NCBI GenBank assembly: GCA_963700285.1
Contig: CAVOXA010000010.1
Coordinates: 1,344,001-1,408,000 of the forward strand
DNA length: 64,000 nt
Reading direction: 5' to 3'
From: an uncultured Chloroflexia bacterium
Lineage (GTDB): Bacteria > Chloroflexota > Anaerolineae > JAAYZQ01
Positions 21,132 through 31,792 of this stretch are shown here, piece by piece. The notes beneath the pieces were generated by a model. It was not told where the DNA came from. It saw only the letters and a program-made list of their open reading frames with translations, and made no database searches. How positions within the stretch are numbered: position 1 is the first letter of the stretch; every line of letters begins with the position of its first letter. The translations under genes and the position numbers were made by a program.

Positions 21132-21429
21132 ATTTGCTCGTGCTGGACCACAGTCCAGCACACCGAACGCAGAGGCCGACGATTTGCTCGTGCTGGACCA
21201 CAGTCCAGCACACCGAACGCAGAGGCCGACGATTTGCTCGTGCTGGACCACAGTCCAGCGCACCGAACGCAGAGGCCGACGATTTGCTCGTGCTGGACCA
21301 CAGTCCAGCACACCGAACGCAGAGGCCGACAATTTGCTCGTGCTGGACCACAGTCCAGCGCACCGAACGCAGAGGCCGACGATTTGCTCGTGCTGGACCA
21401 CAGTCCAGCACACCGAACGCAGAGGCCGA
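21132..21429. repeat. Tandem array of six 50-bp units, each with a 9-bp hairpin
   Basis: Unit atttgctcgtgctggaccacagtccagc(a/g)caccgaacgcagaggccgac(g/a) starting at 21132, 21182, 21232, 21282, 21332, 21382. Confidence 0.97.
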
Positions 21430-21445
21430 TTTGGAGGATTACCCA

Positions 21446-22480
21446 ATGCCCGAACAACACAACGTCCTATTCCTGACCGATCGCGGCCAATACCACCAGC
21501 AGGTGGCCCTGGACGCAGCGCCGCCCGAGCTGGCGGTGACCATGATGCGCCGGCCGCCCAGGCTGGAGGTCATTCAGGCCCTGCCCGAGTACGAGTTCCT
21601 CATCAGCGAGCGTGCGGGTACGGTGGACGCCGACATGATCGCCGCCGGGCGAAACCTGCGGCTGATCCAGCGCTTGGGCTCGCTGACCTACGACATTGAC
21701 CTGGAGGCGGCGCGGGCAGCGGGCACGCCGGTCGCGGCCTGGCCGGTGGAGACAGCCATCATGGTCGCCGAGCACATGCTGACCCAAATGCTGGTCCTGG
21801 CCAAGCGGCTGGGCGACGTGTCGGCTGTTGCTAACGCGGCAGGCGACTGGGGCCGGCCTTCACTGCGCACCGACGAGGATACCTTTGCCTACGACTGGTC
21901 GCGGCGCAGCGGTGTGCGCCCTCTCTACGAGCAGACGGTGGGCATCCTGGGCTTTGGCGAGATCGGCGCCGAGCTGGTCCGGCGCCTGCGTGGCTTTTGC
22001 CCATCGACCGTGCTCTACCACAAGAGGTCGCGGCTCCCGGAGCACGCCGAGCAGGAGCTGGGCATCACCCACACGTCCAGGGAGCAACTGCTTGCCGAGA
22101 GCGACTATCTCTGTAACCTGCTGCCCTTCTATCCAGAAACCGACACCCTGATCGATGCCGGTTTCCTGGCGGGGATGAAGCAGGGCGCGTACCTGACGAG
22201 CTGCGGCAGCGGCAGCGTCATCGACGAAGGTGCCCTGGCCGCGGCGATCCGCGATGGACACCTGGCCGGCGCCGCCCTCGACACCTTTGAATGGGAGCCG
22301 ATCCGGCCCGACAACCCGCTCTTGCCCCTGGCCAGGGACCCCAACATGAACGTATTGCTCACGCCCCACACCGCGGCCGGCTGCAGCGCCGACGCGGAGG
22401 GCGACCGGACGCGGAGGAGAGATTATACCAACCTGGTGCGGGTTCTGAACGGCGAGCCGCCGCTGCACCGGGTTGCCTGA
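21446..22480 (+). CDS. D-2-hydroxyacid dehydrogenase family protein (atypical)
   Basis: RBS ggagg at 21433; GILGFGEIG, DTFEWEP, TPHTA; TSCGSG replaces NxxRG. Confidence 0.85.
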   Translation: MPEQHNVLFLTDRGQYHQQVALDAAPPELAVTMMRRPPRLEVIQALPEYEFLISERAGTVDADMIAAGRNLRLIQRLGSLTYDIDLEAARAAGTPVAAWPVETAIMVAEHMLTQMLVLAKRLGDVSAVANAAGDWGRPSLRTDEDTFAYDWSRRSGVRPLYEQTVGILGFGEIGAELVRRLRGFCPSTVLYHKRSRLPEHAEQELGITHTSREQLLAESDYLCNLLPFYPETDTLIDAGFLAGMKQGAYLTSCGSGSVIDEGALAAAIRDGHLAGAALDTFEWEPIRPDNPLLPLARDPNMNVLLTPHTAAGCSADAEGDRTRRRDYTNLVRVLNGEPPLHRVA

Positions 22481-22556
22481 TCGGATGCTGCCTGCAGATG
22501 TCTGGCAGTCCTATTTACACCCCATCCTGAAACGTTATACAAGGAGACATGGAACC

Positions 22557-23354
22557 ATGACTGAGAACCTTCCATCCCGGCGGTTTCCGGGACAAGTGGT
22601 GGTCATCACCGGCGCGGCGCGCGGCATCGGCAAGGCCTGTGCCCTGCGCTTTGCCCGGGAGGGGGCCAACGTGGCCTGCCTGGACCTGCTGGTCGAGGAG
22701 AATGAGGCGGTCGCTGCCGAGTGTACGGCGCAGGGAGTCGAGAGCCTGATCCTGACCTGCAATGTGACCGAGCCGGAGAGTGTGCAGGCCTGCATCCAGG
22801 CCACCCTGGATCGCTGGGGGCGCGTCGACACGCTGATCACGTCGGCTGGCATCTACAGCGGCTCGCCGCTGGCCGAGGTGTCCCTGGCCCAGTGGCAGCG
22901 CCTCATGGACATCAACCTGACCGGCGTCTTTCTCTGCAACCAGGCCGTCGCCCCGGCCATGATCGCACAGGGCTCGGGCAGCATCATCAACATCTCGTCC
23001 ATGGCTGGCAAGACGAGCTGGCCCTCCACGGCCGAATACTCGGCCTCCAAGACGGGCGTTATCGGGCTGACGCGCTCGGTGGCCATGGAGCTGGCCCCGC
23101 ACGGGCCCACGGCCAACGCCGTCTGCCCGGGCAACACGCTGACCGAGATGGTGCACAACGTAGCAGCCAGGCAGGGCGAGCAATTGGGCATGACCGGCGA
23201 GGAGTGGCTGCAGATGCGCGCCAATGACTGTCCCATGAACCGCCTGGCCGAACCGTGGGAGATTGCCGGCGTCTGCGCCTTCCTGGCCTCCCAGGACGCG
23301 CGTTACATCACCGGCCAGGCCCTGGAAGTGGATGGCGGCCTGGTGATGAGCTAG
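22557..23354 (+). CDS. Classical SDR (polyol/sugar dehydrogenase-like)
   Basis: TGAARGIG, YSASK, VCPGN. Confidence 0.9.
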   Translation: MTENLPSRRFPGQVVVITGAARGIGKACALRFAREGANVACLDLLVEENEAVAAECTAQGVESLILTCNVTEPESVQACIQATLDRWGRVDTLITSAGIYSGSPLAEVSLAQWQRLMDINLTGVFLCNQAVAPAMIAQGSGSIINISSMAGKTSWPSTAEYSASKTGVIGLTRSVAMELAPHGPTANAVCPGNTLTEMVHNVAARQGEQLGMTGEEWLQMRANDCPMNRLAEPWEIAGVCAFLASQDARYITGQALEVDGGLVMS

Positions 23355-23367
23355 GGATAGCGAAGAG

Positions 23368-23478
23368 AGGTAGGCACAACCACAGCAGCCACAACATGAG
23401 CAGCAGTTCCCCAAAGAAGGTAAACAGAACAATGCTCACATCGTAGTTGGCCAGGAGCAGCAGTCCAAAACCATCTTA
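23368..23478 (-). pseudogene. Possible remnant of a membrane-protein C-terminus (DUF4386-like)
   Basis: Reverse strand reads GFGLLLLANYDVSIVLFTFFGELLLMLWLLW with no proper start; family assignment is from recall only. Confidence 0.3.
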
Positions 23479-23525
23479 AGCCTCCCTTTCCTATGAGGCG
23501 GGACTCGAAACCCCTGCCTTCTGTG

Positions 23526-24254
23526 CTACGATGCGTCTTTGTTATAGATCACGGGCATTTGCCCTTTCCACTTGTTCCACGTGACGTCATCGGTGATCAG
23601 TTCCGCCATAAAGTGGCCAACATTGATTCGACTGGTCTGGCCAGCATCAAAGATTGGGCTTCTGGTAGGCGACGGATGCACCGTATACTCGGTGACCACG
23701 TCTTCATCGATCAGATCGTCAGGGCGAACCGCAACCCACTCAACCGCCACGTCGTTTTGACCGATCACGGTCCGCAAATAGTCCGCAGCCTCTTCATTGT
23801 CCGCCTGTGGAGGCAGCACCAGACGAAGAAGCCCTGTGACAATCTTTTCACCGGCTGACCTTTTTTCATCGAGACCCCGGTTGCTGTTGCCAGTGGTGTT
23901 CATGAGCACAAAGCGGACCGTCGCTTGCGGCTGGTTTGCCTGGATGGCCGTGCACAGCCGCCGGGTGGCGTCAGTCACCAGCCGGCGTGGGTGGCCGTAC
24001 ATGCCTTTCAGGGTCAGATTGTGGCCCAGGCACGAGGCAACGGCATCACACCCCTCAACGAGTTGGGCCAGCTCGGCATCGCTGAGGTCCAGAAGGCTGG
24101 CCTGGACCACGGACAGGTTCTCATACTCCCGGAGATTTTCGGGCAAACTGGCGGTTGACCGCACAACCGCCACCACCTCCTGTCCACGTTCGAGCAGTTG
24201 TTGCACGACCTGCTTCCCGGTCGCTCCATTGGCTCCAACTACAAGTATCTTCAT
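23526..24254 (-). CDS. NAD(P)H-binding atypical SDR (flavin reductase-like)
   Basis: VVGANGATG, WVAVRP, SRINVGHF. Confidence 0.85.
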   Translation of the reverse strand: MKILVVGANGATGKQVVQQLLERGQEVVAVVRSTASLPENLREYENLSVVQASLLDLSDAELAQLVEGCDAVASCLGHNLTLKGMYGHPRRLVTDATRRLCTAIQANQPQATVRFVLMNTTGNSNRGLDEKRSAGEKIVTGLLRLVLPPQADNEEAADYLRTVIGQNDVAVEWVAVRPDDLIDEDVVTEYTVHPSPTRSPIFDAGQTSRINVGHFMAELITDDVTWNKWKGQMPVIYNKDAS

Positions 24255-24489
24255 CTCACACCTCCCTGGCGATCAGTTTGTCTGTAGCCGTTTTCCAGGG
24301 CTTGGAATCGCAATCCCACTCCCTTGGAGTGGGGTGGCAGGCGAGCGGCACGCCGTGCCCGAAGCCGTCAGTGTCGTCATGTACTGGGCGGCTCGGGGGC
24401 TTGTACTCGCCGTCCGATCCAACGACCCGAGTGTACCATGGTCGATAAATGGCACTACTCATGTCAAGTGACCCACTAGTGCAGTCAGC

Positions 24490-25611
24490 TCATCCTTCAC
24501 TTTCTTCTTTCCGTTCCCCTTGTGGCCGGAAGGCACCCTTGGCCTTTTCCCATATGCCTTGGACTTGTGTCATCGCTTGCTGCTGTTCTTCTTTCTTGTC
24601 CCCGCCGCTGTAGCGCAACAACACCGCTATCATGCGCGTGCCGTCGAAATTCTCCATGATCGTCAAGACCAGCAGTGTGAGCGGTACCGCCAGGAGTGCG
24701 CCGATCCCACCCAGCAGATACCCCCACACGAACAGGCCGACAAATACCACCAAAGGATTGATCCTCAAGCCCTGCCCCATGACCTTGGGCTGGATGAAAT
24801 TCTGCACGCCACCGTTGATCACTACGTAGCCGACAAAGACAACCACCGCCGTGCCCAGGCCGAACTCGGCATAAGCCAGGAGGACCGGGGGAATCAAAGC
24901 GAACCAGAAACCGATGGAGGGGATGTAGCCCATGAACCAGGCCAGCAATCCCCACAGAAGGGCGAAATCCACTCCCAGGATCCACAGAAACACGGTATTG
25001 ATTGCACCCACCAGGAAGTTGATGCCGGTCAGGATGCTCATATAATGGCGGACATCCTCGGTAAGCGTGCTTATCTTGGTAAAGATCGTTGCACGCGGGT
25101 CCAGACCCAGGCGCACTGCTCCGGGAAGCGAAATTGCAGCGCTGATCATGAAAAAGAAGATGAACAAGGCCATGCCGAATTGGACCAACAAGTCCACCAC
25201 GACCGCCGCCACACTTTGAGCAACCGGACCAAATTGGATCGTCAATTCGGTCGTCGAGGCAGGTGTCTCAGTGCCGGTTACCTCGGGCGGCAATGCTTGC
25301 GTGGCGCTGACCGCCGCGTCGGCCATGTACGTTGGCAGTTGGGTGGACAGCTTGGTAACCGAGAAGAATACGGTCACGATGACCAGCCCCAACAATAGCA
25401 CCACCGCCAGGATGGTCAGCAGCAGCGCCAGCCACCCGGGCATCCCGCGCTGGCTCAGGCGGCCGGGAATGGGCAGCACAGTGATGGTGATCACGACAGC
25501 CAGCAAGATTGGGTTCAGGATGAATGCCGTCCCGCGGATTCCGAACAGAACTACGAATATGCTGGCAAGGGCGACGAGGTAAATCACTAACCGACCAGAT
25601 TGATCCTTCAT
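24490..25611 (-). CDS. AI-2E family transporter
   Basis: Multi-TM protein; YIPSIG, IQPKVMG, WGYLLGGIGALLAVPLT. Confidence 0.9.
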   Translation of the reverse strand: MKDQSGRLVIYLVALASIFVVLFGIRGTAFILNPILLAVVITITVLPIPGRLSQRGMPGWLALLLTILAVVLLLGLVIVTVFFSVTKLSTQLPTYMADAAVSATQALPPEVTGTETPASTTELTIQFGPVAQSVAAVVVDLLVQFGMALFIFFFMISAAISLPGAVRLGLDPRATIFTKISTLTEDVRHYMSILTGINFLVGAINTVFLWILGVDFALLWGLLAWFMGYIPSIGFWFALIPPVLLAYAEFGLGTAVVVFVGYVVINGGVQNFIQPKVMGQGLRINPLVVFVGLFVWGYLLGGIGALLAVPLTLLVLTIMENFDGTRMIAVLLRYSGGDKKEEQQQAMTQVQGIWEKAKGAFRPQGERKEESEG

Positions 25612-25854
25612 GTGTTCACTGCTTCCTTTCCTGCGAGTTCATGCGAGACTCTGTCACCGGCTTCGGCTTCCGACGAAACATCCAGGTCTTTCTGGAGCGA
25701 GTCTCCGTGCCGTACCCAGATTCATGTCGCCGGTCTGTTGTTCCTACTCGGCCGCAGGGGTTGGCTGCGGCGTCTGAGATGGCCTAGCCGGCCGGACACG
25801 CCCGCCCAGGCCACGCGCCGCCGGCAGCAGGCTATTCTTGTCTAGTTGTCACCC

Positions 25855-25887
25855 GGGACCGGCAGCCCGATTTGCGCTGCCGGTCCC
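25855..25887 (-). terminator. Hairpin downstream of the sulfatase gene
   Basis: 12-bp stem gggaccggcagc / gctgccggtccc, about 12 nt after the stop. Confidence 0.5.
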
Positions 25888-25898
25888 AGACAGGTTTC

Positions 25899-28264
25899 TT
25901 ACTGCCGTGCCATGGCGATCTTCATGTCCGCTTCCGTATCCGGGATCAGCTCGCCGGATAGATCCAGGGTGACCCGTTTGATCGTTCCGGTGAAGTCGAA
26001 CGCATCGCTGTACTCCTCCGGCGCCACGCGGTCGCCGCCGTCGTAGCCGCAGGTCAGGCCTTCCGTTCCCCACATGGCCAGGATCGAGTAAGGCATGTCG
26101 ATGCTGCCAACCAGCTTGCGGTTGATGTAGAGCTGGCAACGGGCCGGCACCCCGTACCCCTGAGCGGGGTCGGGCTTGCCGGTCGGCTCGAACTCGTAGC
26201 GCAGCTCGACCTCGCCCTCCGGGATCGTCTGGTTGGAATGCACCCAGAACTTGTCGCGGCCGAGGAAGTTGTACAGGAAGTGGAGTTTCTGGTCCTTGAC
26301 AAAGAAGGTGTATCCGCCGGTGTTGCCGCCCTGGGCCAGCAATACCCCCTCCGCACCGCCCGGCGGGATCACGACTTCGGCCGTGATGCTCCAGGGCCGG
26401 TTGTAGGTCTTGGGCGCAGCCGTAAACGGGACCGGCGACCCGCCCTGGTAAAAGACGTACTTGTTCCTCGGCTTGGCGATGGTCGGGCGTTCTACATTGA
26501 GCCGCTGAAGGGCGCTGCCGTCGATGGGCAGCACCTGGTACTTGCCCGCTTCGGCCCACCAGCGGCCGATCATCTCGATCAGCTTGTCGCGCTGCTCGCC
26601 GGCCAGGTTGTGGGTTTCGGAAGTAGTCCTCGTCAATGTGATACAGCTCCCAATCGTGGGTCTCGATATCCACGAGCACCTCGTTAGGGATCGGGGATAC
26701 CGAACTGGCGGCCCTTCTTGGCGGCCTCGGTGAAGCTCGTGCCCGGCCAGGGGCAGACCGCCCGCCAGCCGTCGTGGTAGATGGCGCGGTGACCAAACAT
26801 CTCAAAGTACTGCGTGGGTGGTTGCTGGGCGCAGCCGCCTCGTTGAAGGTGTGGGCAAAGCTGACGCCGTCGATCGGCCGCCTGGCTCACGCCGCGGATG
26901 CTCTCCGGCGCCTCCATGCCCAGGGCTTCCAGCACCGTCGGCACCAGTCGATGACGTGCGCGTACTGCGGCCGCAGCTCGCCGCGGGCCTGGATGCCCTT
27001 GGGCCACGACACGATGCACGGGTCGGTGCGTGCCGCCCCGGTAGGTCTCGCGCTTCCAGCGGCGGAAGGGCGTGTTGCCCGCGTTGGTCCAGCCCCAGGG
27101 GTAGTGGTTGTTGGTCTCCACGCCGCCCAGCTTATCGATCATCTTGAGGTTATCTTCCAGCGATTCCTTGACATTGTTGAAAAAGAACATCTCGTTGAGC
27201 GAACCCACCGGTCCGCCCTCGGAGCTGGCGCCGTTGTCGGAGATGACCATGATCAGGGTGTTGTCCAGCTCGCCGATCTCTTTCAGAAACTCGAGGATGC
27301 GCCCGAAGTGGTGATCGGTGAAGCTGACAAAGCCGGCATAGACTTCCATCAAGCGGGCATAGAGCTGCTTGGCATCGGCCGAGAGCGTATCCCAGACCGG
27401 CACGTCGGGGTCGTGCGCCGACAACTCGGTGCCCGGCGGGATGATGCCCATCTCGAGCTGGCGCTGGTGGACGATCTCGCGGTACTTGTCCCAGCCCATG
27501 TCGAACTTGCCCTTGTACTTGTCCGCCCACTCCTGGGGCACATGGTGCGGCGCGTGGCCGGCGCCCGTGGCGTAATACAGGAAGAAAGGCTTGTCCGGCG
27601 CGTTGACGTGGGCGTCCTGGATGAACTCGATGGCCTTGTCGGCCAGGTCGCTGCTCAGGTGGTAGCCTTCCTCTGGCTGCGCGGGCTGCTCGATGGCGTG
27701 GTTGTCGTAGGTCAGCTCCGGATACCACTGGTTGGTTTCGCCGCCCAGGAAGCCGTAGTAGCGCTCAAAGCCGCGGCCCAGCGGCCAGCGGTCGTAGGGT
27801 CCGGCGGCGGTCGTGTGTTCGGGCGGCGTCAGGTGCCATTTCCCGACGCAGAAGGTGTTGTAGCCCTGCTGCAGCAGCATCTCGCTGAGCATGCCCCTGT
27901 CAAAGGGCAGGATGCCGTTGTAGCCGGGGTAGCCGGTGGAGGTCTCGGTGATCGATGCCAGCCCGAGCGAGTGGTGATTGCGCCCGGTCAGGATGCAGCC
28001 GCGCGACGGCGAGCACAACGCCGTAGTGTGCATGTTGGTGTAGCGCAGGCCGTTGGCGGCCAGGCTGTCCAGCACGGGCGTCTCGACCAGCCCGCCGAAA
28101 CAGGACAACTGCCCGTAGCCGACGTCGTCCAGCACGAAGAAGAGCACGTTGGGCGCGCCCTCCGGGGGGCGCGGCGGCTCCGGCCAGGCCGGTGAGGACT
28201 CTTCGGTGGTACGTCCGATGACGCCGGTGAACGGGGTTCCGTCTTTGTAGGTCTTGATTGCCAT
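25899..28264 (-). CDS. Arylsulfatase (long Cys-type, C-terminal LamG-like domain; frameshifted near 26.6-27.0 kb)
   Basis: LDDVGY, CSPSR (CxPxR), GKWHL, SDNGAS, NTPFRRWK; no signal peptide. Confidence 0.92.
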
Positions 28265-28559
28265 TTGATTTCTCCCTTTCGATACAGAGTGTTTATCAGG
28301 TTGGGCGGATTCAGTTTATCTCTGCCCGCTACTTCTACCGCCGCCGATCGTGTCGGTCATCGCGCCTGTCCCGGCGGTGCATATCTGCCTCGGACACTGG
28401 TGAGAGCGGCCGGCCGATGATGGCTTTATCGCTCAGTTGCCGACTGAGCACAGTGTATGCGATTTCGGGTTTGTATTCTTTATATCCCTCCTCTCTTTCT
28501 CCTTTCTATTGATTTTGGGGTCGTACGGTCTCTTCTTTGGTCTGGATTCGCTTTGGCGC

Positions 28560-29918
28560 TCATGGTGCGCCCGTCAGTCTTGTTTGCAGCGCTTCGGCGC
28601 TCCGCTGGATGAGCTGCCGGTCCTCCTCGATCAGCTCGCCGGCCTGGCTTTCCGCCTGGATGAGGCGCACGTGACGCAGCAGCTTCTGGCGCGCCTCAGG
28701 CGTTTTCGCCTCCTGGCCAATGGCATCGATCACCTCCAGCATGTGCAGCAGGACACTGGCATCGTTGCAGCTGGCATGGCGGAGCTTGTCAAAGGCCGCG
28801 CTGAGCAACTCGTCGAAGGTAACCGGCTCGAAAATGAGGCGGAGCTGACCATTCCCGTCGTAGTAATGGCGACTTTTCTCACCCTGGCGGAGGAACAGCG
28901 CCAGACCCTCACCGATGTGATCCAGGCAGGTCATGGCCGTGAAGGGGTCATTGATCGCCGGAGACATGGCGCGTACGGCCATTTCGACGAGCTGGTTCAC
29001 CGCGCACTCGACATCCTGGGTGGGCGTGCGCTGGTTTCCAAGGCGGAAGGCATGTCGAATTTGTTCGGCCCAACGCTCGTCGGCCCGACCGGCGGGCCAA
29101 ACCTGGGCGACCACCGCGCCGCGCCCGACAAAGCGCCCCGGCTGGCGCAGCAAGCGGATGACCAGGTCGTTTTCCCGGGCCAGGGTAAAGATGGTCTCCA
29201 GATCAGCGTATTGGATGTAGCCGGAGTCCCTCACACGAACCGGACAACCATCTGTCTCCAGCAGGGGTTCCGGTGCGCTCTGACCGGTTTGCCTTTGGCT
29301 ATCACCGTCCCAGACCTCATCCGGCATCTCGGCAAGGACCACGTCCCGCAACTGTACGCCCGCCGCAGCCGCGATATTGGGGGCTTGGAGCATGGTGCTG
29401 ATGTGCTGGACGAGCAAGATCAGCGAGGCAAAGGCGGCCATCATCAAGAGCAATCCAAGCGTAGCCGTGAGTTGAGGCCCTCCAGGCTCTATGGGCAGCT
29501 CTATCTCGAGCGGAGGCATGGAAGTGGCAGCCGTGATGCAGTAGACAAACGTAGCCGCAAACATGCCCAGGACGAGTTGGGTGGTGCGATCGCCCAGGAA
29601 AACGCGCAGCAAGCGCGAGCCGTACTGGGCCGCTACGGTCGAAAGGGGCAAGGTGAGCAGCGTGAATACCACCCCGGCGGTGGCCAGGGTGGTGGTGGCA
29701 ATGCTTACCAGGGTTGTGCGCAGTTCACTGATACTGCCCGACAGGACGAGGTTGCTATCCTGTAGCATCTCGTTGGGGATGCGCAGATCTACCCACTGCA
29801 TCGCCCGGGCCAGCACGATCGCTGCCGCAGACATGACCAGTGGGGCGAACCAGAAGCTCACCCTGAGGCGATCCCAGGTATAGCGGACTGTGACCCTTCT
29901 CATGGCGCGTGTTCTCAT
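28560..29918 (-). CDS. DUF2254 family membrane protein
   Basis: SFWFAP, QYGSRLLRVF, RTPTQD, RAMSPAINDPFTA. Confidence 0.85.
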   Translation of the reverse strand: MRTRAMRRVTVRYTWDRLRVSFWFAPLVMSAAAIVLARAMQWVDLRIPNEMLQDSNLVLSGSISELRTTLVSIATTTLATAGVVFTLLTLPLSTVAAQYGSRLLRVFLGDRTTQLVLGMFAATFVYCITAATSMPPLEIELPIEPGGPQLTATLGLLLMMAAFASLILLVQHISTMLQAPNIAAAAGVQLRDVVLAEMPDEVWDGDSQRQTGQSAPEPLLETDGCPVRVRDSGYIQYADLETIFTLARENDLVIRLLRQPGRFVGRGAVVAQVWPAGRADERWAEQIRHAFRLGNQRTPTQDVECAVNQLVEMAVRAMSPAINDPFTAMTCLDHIGEGLALFLRQGEKSRHYYDGNGQLRLIFEPVTFDELLSAAFDKLRHASCNDASVLLHMLEVIDAIGQEAKTPEARQKLLRHVRLIQAESQAGELIEEDRQLIQRSAEALQTRLTGAP

Positions 29919-30054
29919 GCGGCACCTCTGTTTGGAACGGGATCTCGCTCGCCTGCCGGCGGAACAGGAGGTGTGTGCGCCGGCAGCCAGCCCCGACCCC
30001 ACCTCCAGTCAGTCATTGTTTCCTCTTTTCCGGGTAATTCTTTCGCCGGAGACG

Positions 30055-31768
30055 CTATGTCGTGCCAAAGCGCGCGTGATACGCCGTCACCGCCGCGCGC
30101 ACCGACGGATAGATGCTTTCCTTGCCGATCCGGGTCGTCAAACCCGTCGCCTGCAGGAGGTCACGCAGCGGCCCGTTCGCACGCGCAACCCACAATTCGA
30201 CGCCGAGCCGCTCCAGGCTCGCATCCAGATTCTCCAGCGCCTCCGCCGCCGTCGAATCGAAATCACTGATCGCTTCCGAATCGAGCACAACACATTTTAA
30301 CCCCGCACCGGCGTTGGTGACAAGTTCTTCCAAGCGCTCGGTAAAGAACGCCGCGTTCGCAAATACCAGCGGCGCATCAAATCGATAGACGATCAGTCCG
30401 GGCTCGGTCAGCGTCGTCGTCTTGTCGGCGACGCCGCGATACACGGTGCCGCCGCTGGCGTCCACCTCGTCCAACAGTGCATCGTGCGGCCGCGAGATGT
30501 GATAGATGACGTTGATCAGCGACAGCATCACCGCCACCAGAATGCCCTGCAGGATGCCCACGGTGAGCACGCCGAACGCGGTCACCACCGCCAGCCAGAA
30601 CTCGGCGGGACGCACCTGCCGCAGGAAGCGAAAAGCCGCCACGTCGATCAAGCCGAGCGAAGCGACGATGATGATCGCGCCCAGGGCGACGGTGGGCAGC
30701 GGCGCCAGCAATGGCGTAAGAAAGAGCAGGAAGATGATGGTGAGTGCGGCGGCAATGATCCCCACCCACTGCGATTTGCCGCCCATCTGATCGGCGACGG
30801 ACGTGCGCGACGCGCTGAGTGCGGCCGGAAACCCGGTCAAGAAACCGGCACCGATATTGGCCATACCGATGGCCACGAATTCCTGGTTGGCATCGATCTT
30901 CTGGCCGTGTTTTGCCGCAAAGACACGCGCGGTCAGGATCTCGTCCGCGTAGATCAGGATGGTGAGGGCCAGGGCGGCGGGCAGCAGGGCAAAGATATCT
31001 TGAAGGCTGACAGCCGGAATCGTCAGCCTCGGCAGTCCGGCCGGCACCGCGCCGACGATGGCCACGCCCTTGACCTCCAGATCGAACAGGGCAGAGGCGA
31101 CAATGGCCAGGACGACGACGATGAGCGGGCCGGGCAGCTTACGATTCACGCGGCGCATGATGAGCAGCGCCGCCATGCAGACGACGCCGATGGCGACGGT
31201 GAGCAGGTGCGCTTCGTCAAGGCGGCTAATGAGTTCCGCAACCTGCCGGAAGAACTGGTCGCTCTCCAGCCTGATGCCGAACATCTTGCCCAATTGGCTG
31301 CCGATGACAATAAGCGTCGCGCCAAAGATATAGCCCACCAGGATCGGCTTGGACAAAAAGTCGGTGATGAACCCCAGCCGCGCCACGCGAGCGAGCAGCG
31401 CCAGGACGCCGACAAGGATCGCGGTCAGCGCCGCGAGTGCGGCGTAGCGCGCCGGGTCGCCGCGCGGCCAGCGGCGCAACGGCGGCGGCGGTCATGATGG
31501 CACTCGTCGCTTCAGGCCCCATGACGACTAGGTTGGAGGTGCCAAAGAATGCGTACATCACCATCGCGCCGAGCGCAACGTACAGCCCCGCGACGGGAGT
31601 CACTCCGGCGAGATCGCCATAAGCCATCGCCGATGGCACGAGCACCGCAAACACCGTGACCGCCACAATGAGTTCGGTGCGGAGCAGTGCGGGATTCACG
31701 CCTCGAAAGAGGGCGAGGCCGGGAATGAAACGTGCAATACCGCTGGATGGTGGTGCCGGGTTCTCCAT
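30055..31768 (-). CDS. SulP family anion transporter with STAS domain (frameshift near 31470)
   Basis: VPSAMAYGDLAG, GPEAT, NQEF; STAS motif DAPLVFANA...DFDSTA. Confidence 0.9.
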
Positions 31769-31792
31769 TCATCACCCCTCGTAGTTTGTTTG

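Noticed and set aside
21132-21429. CRISPR array
   Set aside because: Inter-hairpin segments are identical rather than unique spacers, and no cas genes are in the window
21030-21699. Repeat-encoded ORFs in all six frames, including a 104-aa N-terminal extension of the dehydrogenase
   Set aside because: They result from a stop-free repeat unit; a good RBS supports the ATG at 21446
24256-24462. Small ORFs between the AI-2E and NAD(P)-binding genes
   Set aside because: No convincing RBS or motif; possibly a gene remnant but not supportable
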